NCBI GenBank assembly: GCA_949295475.1 | Contig: CASFLC010000131.1 | Span: forward strand, 1 to 51,780 | DNA length: 51,780 nucleotides | Origin: an uncultured Pseudomonadota bacterium | Lineage (GTDB): Bacteria; Pseudomonadota; Alphaproteobacteria; RF32; CAG-239 | Reading direction: 5' to 3' | Shown here: in pieces, positions 47,198 through 51,780 of the stretch | Layout of the letters: each line of letters starts with the position of its first letter | Position numbering within the stretch: the first letter of the stretch is position 1 | Translations under genes and position numbers: made by a program | Notes under the pieces: generated by a model | Seen by the model: the letters and a program-made list of their open reading frames with translations, nothing else | Database searches by the model: none | What the model was told of the DNA's origin: nothing

Positions 47198-47391
47198 CCG
47201 AACCTTCCTCAACAATAAGCCGACATATGAAAATAAAACCTCGTTTTACCTCCTCTTGCCGCCACCGCGTCGTAAGGCTCTGATGTACACGCTGCCGGCA
47301 AGAAAACAATTTTTCACATACCGCCATCATGAACGCTTATAATATAATGGTGTTATTTTGCTTATCAAGCCGACATAGCCTAATTATCTGG

Positions 47392-48687
47392 TCAATGTTT
47401 TTCCCGGAAAAGCTCTTTGGCCTTATCCAGCAGGGTATCGTCGCGGGCAAGATTGTTAAACATATGGGTCGGCGCCATCGGAACCGGACCGCTTTTGGTC
47501 GGATTCGCCTCGCCCGAATGCGGTCTGAAGGCAATATGATTAAATGCAAACAGAACAAAAAAGCCGTTTACTGCCGAAAAGGCAAACAAAAAGCTCAGTT
47601 CGCCAAATTCCTGTATGGCCAGAGAAATAAACACCGGCCCCAAAATCATGCCGATACTCTGCAACAAAATCAGCAATCCGCTGGCCGCCACCCGCTGGCT
47701 GTCGTCTATCCGGTCATTGACATGCGACACGCAAATCGGATACATCACAAAAACGCCGCTGCCTAAAAGCAATGCGGAAGCCGCCAGGGAAACAAGGTTT
47801 TCGTCGACAAAGACGTGCATCCAGGGGGCAATCAAAAATAACAGGCCGGCTTCCCACATCAAGACAAAACGGCGGTCCATTTTGTCAGACAAACGCCCTA
47901 CCGGCAGCTGTGCCAGCATACCGCCGATGATGATAAAAAACATAAACAGGGAGGTTTGCTCGACATTCAGCCCGCTTTTTTGCGCATAAATTGTTCCCAG
48001 CGTATAAACGCTGCCGACCATCACGCCGCTGACAATGCAGCCGACGACGCCGACCGGCGCCAATTTGTAAACGGCAGCCAGAGACATGCCCTTGCTTATC
48101 GTAATATTCGGCGACGGAAGCGCCGTCAGCGAAATCGGAACCAAAGCCACGGAATACAATACCGACACCAAAATAAAAGCAATCACGCCGCCCTGGTCGG
48201 GAATATTCAGCAGCAGCTGGCCGCAGGCGGATCCCATATAGGTCGTAACCATATAAACGGACATTATCACACCGCGGTTTTGATTATTGGACCGCGTGTT
48301 CAGCCAACTCTCAAGACACATCATCGAAGAGCCGAGGCAATACCCCTCCAAAATCCGCAATACGCCCCAATACCATGGATTTGGCGATAAAATATGCATC
48401 AAGACCAGTGCAGACAAAACGGAAACGAAAGTTGAAAAAGCCCGGATATGACCGACCCGGTTGATGATGGCATGCGACGTCAGCGATGCCAGGATATAAC
48501 CGACATAATATACCGCCAGAATAATACCGGCGTAAAAGGTCGGAATCTGCGAGGCATTAAGCTGCAGGGCAAGCGTTGACGACAACAGGCCGTAAGCGCT
48601 GCAGGTGAGCAGCGTGCCGGCAAAAAAGGCGTTCAACGGCGAAACCAACGTCCGCAAAGATTTCAAGTAAGCTCCCACTCCGCTCAT
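47392..48687 (-). CDS. MFS transporter
   Basis: 431 aa with about 12 hydrophobic segments and an MFS-like loop motif (GRLSDKMDRR). Confidence 0.85.
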   Translation of the reverse strand: MSGVGAYLKSLRTLVSPLNAFFAGTLLTCSAYGLLSSTLALQLNASQIPTFYAGIILAVYYVGYILASLTSHAIINRVGHIRAFSTFVSVLSALVLMHILSPNPWYWGVLRILEGYCLGSSMMCLESWLNTRSNNQNRGVIMSVYMVTTYMGSACGQLLLNIPDQGGVIAFILVSVLYSVALVPISLTALPSPNITISKGMSLAAVYKLAPVGVVGCIVSGVMVGSVYTLGTIYAQKSGLNVEQTSLFMFFIIIGGMLAQLPVGRLSDKMDRRFVLMWEAGLLFLIAPWMHVFVDENLVSLAASALLLGSGVFVMYPICVSHVNDRIDDSQRVAASGLLILLQSIGMILGPVFISLAIQEFGELSFLFAFSAVNGFFVLFAFNHIAFRPHSGEANPTKSGPVPMAPTHMFNNLARDDTLLDKAKELFREKH

Positions 48688-48705
48688 CAGCCTTTGTCGC
48701 TCCCG

Positions 48706-49023
48706 CTATTTGACGCATTTAAAGTAAAAATGGTTGGGAACCAGCAGCCGGCAGGTAAACAACGTCTGACGCACCGGCTCGGCATGCGCCCCCGTCTTTT
48801 GGCGGACACATTCTTCATCCGCCAGCTTTTTGACTTCCTGATAATCGGTGTAAAGGCTGTTGTAACAAACCGCCGGATTCTCAGGGGTTGATTTTCCGCG
48901 ATACAGCGCGGCTTCCGTTTTGGCGCCGGCTTCTCGGCGGCGGTCGACAAACGGTCCGAACTGCGCGCAAGAGGCAACCAAAGACGCCAAAAGCAGGATG
49001 TTGACCAATTTTAGCCTAGACAA
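48706..49023 (-). CDS. small lipoprotein (hypothetical)
   Basis: 105 aa with signal peptide plus lipobox LVASC. Confidence 0.6.
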   Translation of the reverse strand: MSRLKLVNILLLASLVASCAQFGPFVDRRREAGAKTEAALYRGKSTPENPAVCYNSLYTDYQEVKKLADEECVRQKTGAHAEPVRQTLFTCRLLVPNHFYFKCVK

Positions 49024-49101
49024 TTAAAAAAACTCCATTACATTATTGTAAATATCCGGGATACCGGGCTGTTTTCATAACTATAGTCAAAGAAGAAAAA
49101 A

Positions 49102-49704
49102 ATGCAAACGAATAAATATATCGGCGATGAAAAATTTGCCAAGTTATTAGAACATTATAAATGTCCGACTCCGCTTGAAGTCGTCAAGATGCGTTTTGGC
49201 GGCGCCATTTGCAGCCCAAACTTGGAACTGCGGCCGACGGACGTTATTTCTTCCTTCTGGCCGGCAGGGCAGTCTCCGCGTCTGGAAACCAAAGATGAGG
49301 CAGATCTTTTCTTCAAATTCTTTATGGGGTTGTGGGACGAAATGTTTGAAGCCGTCAAACGCAACAATATACATTTAGACCGAATCCGCTTTAAATCCGC
49401 CGAAGATTTGCGGCAGCTTTGCGAACGCCGGTATGCAGAACTGGAAATGGGATATATTGAGGGTTTTTGGGGCGGCCGCCAGGATTTGAAACTTCCCGCT
49501 TTTCTGGCGCAGACAATCGACTCTTTGTCCGAACTGGCCGGGGTTTATGCCTCTTTGGTTAAAAAGCTTGACAAAGGCGCCGATATGTCAGAAATTTCAA
49601 AAGTGCTGCGCAATACCGATGACATGGCCGACAAAACCATCGCCTTTATTATCGAAAACTCGGTTTTGCCGCGTATTGAAAGCCTGCGCCGCACCGTAAA
49701 TTAA
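49102..49704 (+). CDS. hypothetical protein (200 aa)
   Basis: Clean ORF. A faint resemblance to UPF0149/YecA-like helical proteins is not enough to name it. Confidence 0.5.
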   Translation: MQTNKYIGDEKFAKLLEHYKCPTPLEVVKMRFGGAICSPNLELRPTDVISSFWPAGQSPRLETKDEADLFFKFFMGLWDEMFEAVKRNNIHLDRIRFKSAEDLRQLCERRYAELEMGYIEGFWGGRQDLKLPAFLAQTIDSLSELAGVYASLVKKLDKGADMSEISKVLRNTDDMADKTIAFIIENSVLPRIESLRRTVN

Positions 49705-49721
49705 AATAAAGGAGATGTTTT

Positions 49722-50255
49722 ATGGAACTTATGGAAGGCCTGCTGACCAGACGCTCGGTCCGCAAATACCAGCCCCGCAAAATCGAGCGGGAAACGCTTG
49801 AAGAAATTATCAAAGCCGCCCAATATTCCCCTACCGCCCACAATAAACAGCCGTGGGAATTTCTGGTTATCGACGATCCCGAATTTTTAGCCAATCTGCG
49901 GCACATTCAACGCTGGACCTCTTTTGCCAAAGACGCCGCCTGCGTGGTCATTGTCTGCGGCGATGTGGAACGCTCTTTTAACCGCAACAAAGAAGATGAA
50001 AAGTGGAGTTTTATCGACGTTGACTGCGCCATTGCCACCCAGAGCCTGTTGCTGGCCGCCTGGGCCAAAGGCATCGGGAGCTGCTATTGCGGCGCCGCCC
50101 CGATGCAACGGGTTGTTGATGCTCTGCACGAAAAACTGAACCTGCCCGACAATATCCGGCCGTTTGCCATCGTGCCGCTCGGATATCCGGCCGAAACGCC
50201 CAAACAGCCCGATGATCGTTATCATCCCGAAAAAATCCACTGGGGCAGGTGGTAA
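49722..50255 (+). CDS. nitroreductase family protein
   Basis: 177 aa with RRSVRKY near the N-terminus, a PTAHNKQPWEF motif, and typical size. Confidence 0.85.
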   Translation: MELMEGLLTRRSVRKYQPRKIERETLEEIIKAAQYSPTAHNKQPWEFLVIDDPEFLANLRHIQRWTSFAKDAACVVIVCGDVERSFNRNKEDEKWSFIDVDCAIATQSLLLAAWAKGIGSCYCGAAPMQRVVDALHEKLNLPDNIRPFAIVPLGYPAETPKQPDDRYHPEKIHWGRW

Positions 50256-50258
50256 ACA

Positions 50259-50286
50259 AAAAGCGAAGTTAAACAACTTCGCTTTT
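50259..50286. terminator. bidirectional intrinsic terminator
   Basis: aaaagcgaagtt aaac aacttcgctttt. Confidence 0.75.
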
Positions 50287-50298
50287 TAATTTTAATCA

Positions 50299-50616
50299 TC
50301 AGAAAAACAGATATTGCTTTATCTCGTGTTTCTGTTCGATTTTAAGCACATAACGGCAACCGCTCACTTCTACCGAGATTTCAACACCGATTGATTTTCC
50401 CAAAAAGATTGTTCGTCTTTCTTTAGACATTTCCAATCTTGCCGAAAAAACGTGCATGTAAGGGTAAAACTTTGCGTCCGCAGCGACGGCCATGCAGGCG
50501 GCAAGCAAAAGACATTGTTCGACATCGGTTCCATCATCAAAGTTTTGCAGCCCATGAATAATGTCATGCAAATTTTTTCGATTGTAATTTTTGATAAATT
50601 TTATCAGATCTTTCAT
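50299..50616 (-). CDS. hypothetical protein (105 aa)
   Basis: ORF between a terminator and an AT-rich upstream region. No recognisable family. Confidence 0.4.
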   Translation of the reverse strand: MKDLIKFIKNYNRKNLHDIIHGLQNFDDGTDVEQCLLLAACMAVAADAKFYPYMHVFSARLEMSKERRTIFLGKSIGVEISVEVSGCRYVLKIEQKHEIKQYLFF

Positions 50617-50755
50617 GCCAATAATATTTTAAAAATTTCTAAAAAATCAAAAGATGTTCTTTCTTATATATCCTTAAACGTCCGCTGTCAAACCATATAA
50701 CGCGGGGCGCCCTCTTTTGAGACGCATTCGCGAGTGTCCACAGATTGAAAAATAG

Positions 50756-51780
<1,025 letters not shown>

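Overview
About 52 kb of a flagellated, probably alphaproteobacterial chromosome. The taxon is inferred from a PopZ-like protein, an FlbD-like sigma-54 activator and the Caulobacter-like order fliF-fliG-fliH/flbE-fliN-flbD. Most of the window is housekeeping (map, sfsA, alaS, mrp/apbC, hflKC, degP, holC, clpB, valS, tolC, glgP, accBC, gap) plus two flagellar gene blocks (25.4-37.2 kb and 37.4-42.2 kb). I saw no rRNA, tRNA, CRISPR array, transposase or integrase.

The standout is a ~4.8-kb accessory island between alaS and mrp (about 3.83-8.68 kb). It holds a complete diversity-generating retroelement (DGR) on the minus strand, in this order: Cys-rich secreted protein, secreted DUF1566/C-type-lectin-like target with a C-terminal variable repeat (VR), avd, two tandem template repeats (TR2, TR1), and a DGR-type reverse transcriptase.

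By hand alignment the single VR is a mosaic. Its 3' half is collinear with TR2 and its 5' half with TR1. All 20 differences fall at template adenines, and the VR is longer than either TR. This suggests both templates feed one VR.

Other items worth a second look:
- a conserved structured RNA module 5' of each TR
- perfect hairpins just 3' of the VR
- two diverged copies of an unexplained conserved element bracketing the two secreted-protein genes
- a promoter-structured RNA-terminator unit in front of a small XRE gene
- uncharacterised genes fused to the distal end of the flagellar operon
- a canonical sigma-54 promoter for fliK-flgD-flgE
- several orphan ORFs

All assignments rest on reading the sequence and recalled family signatures. 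No searches were run.
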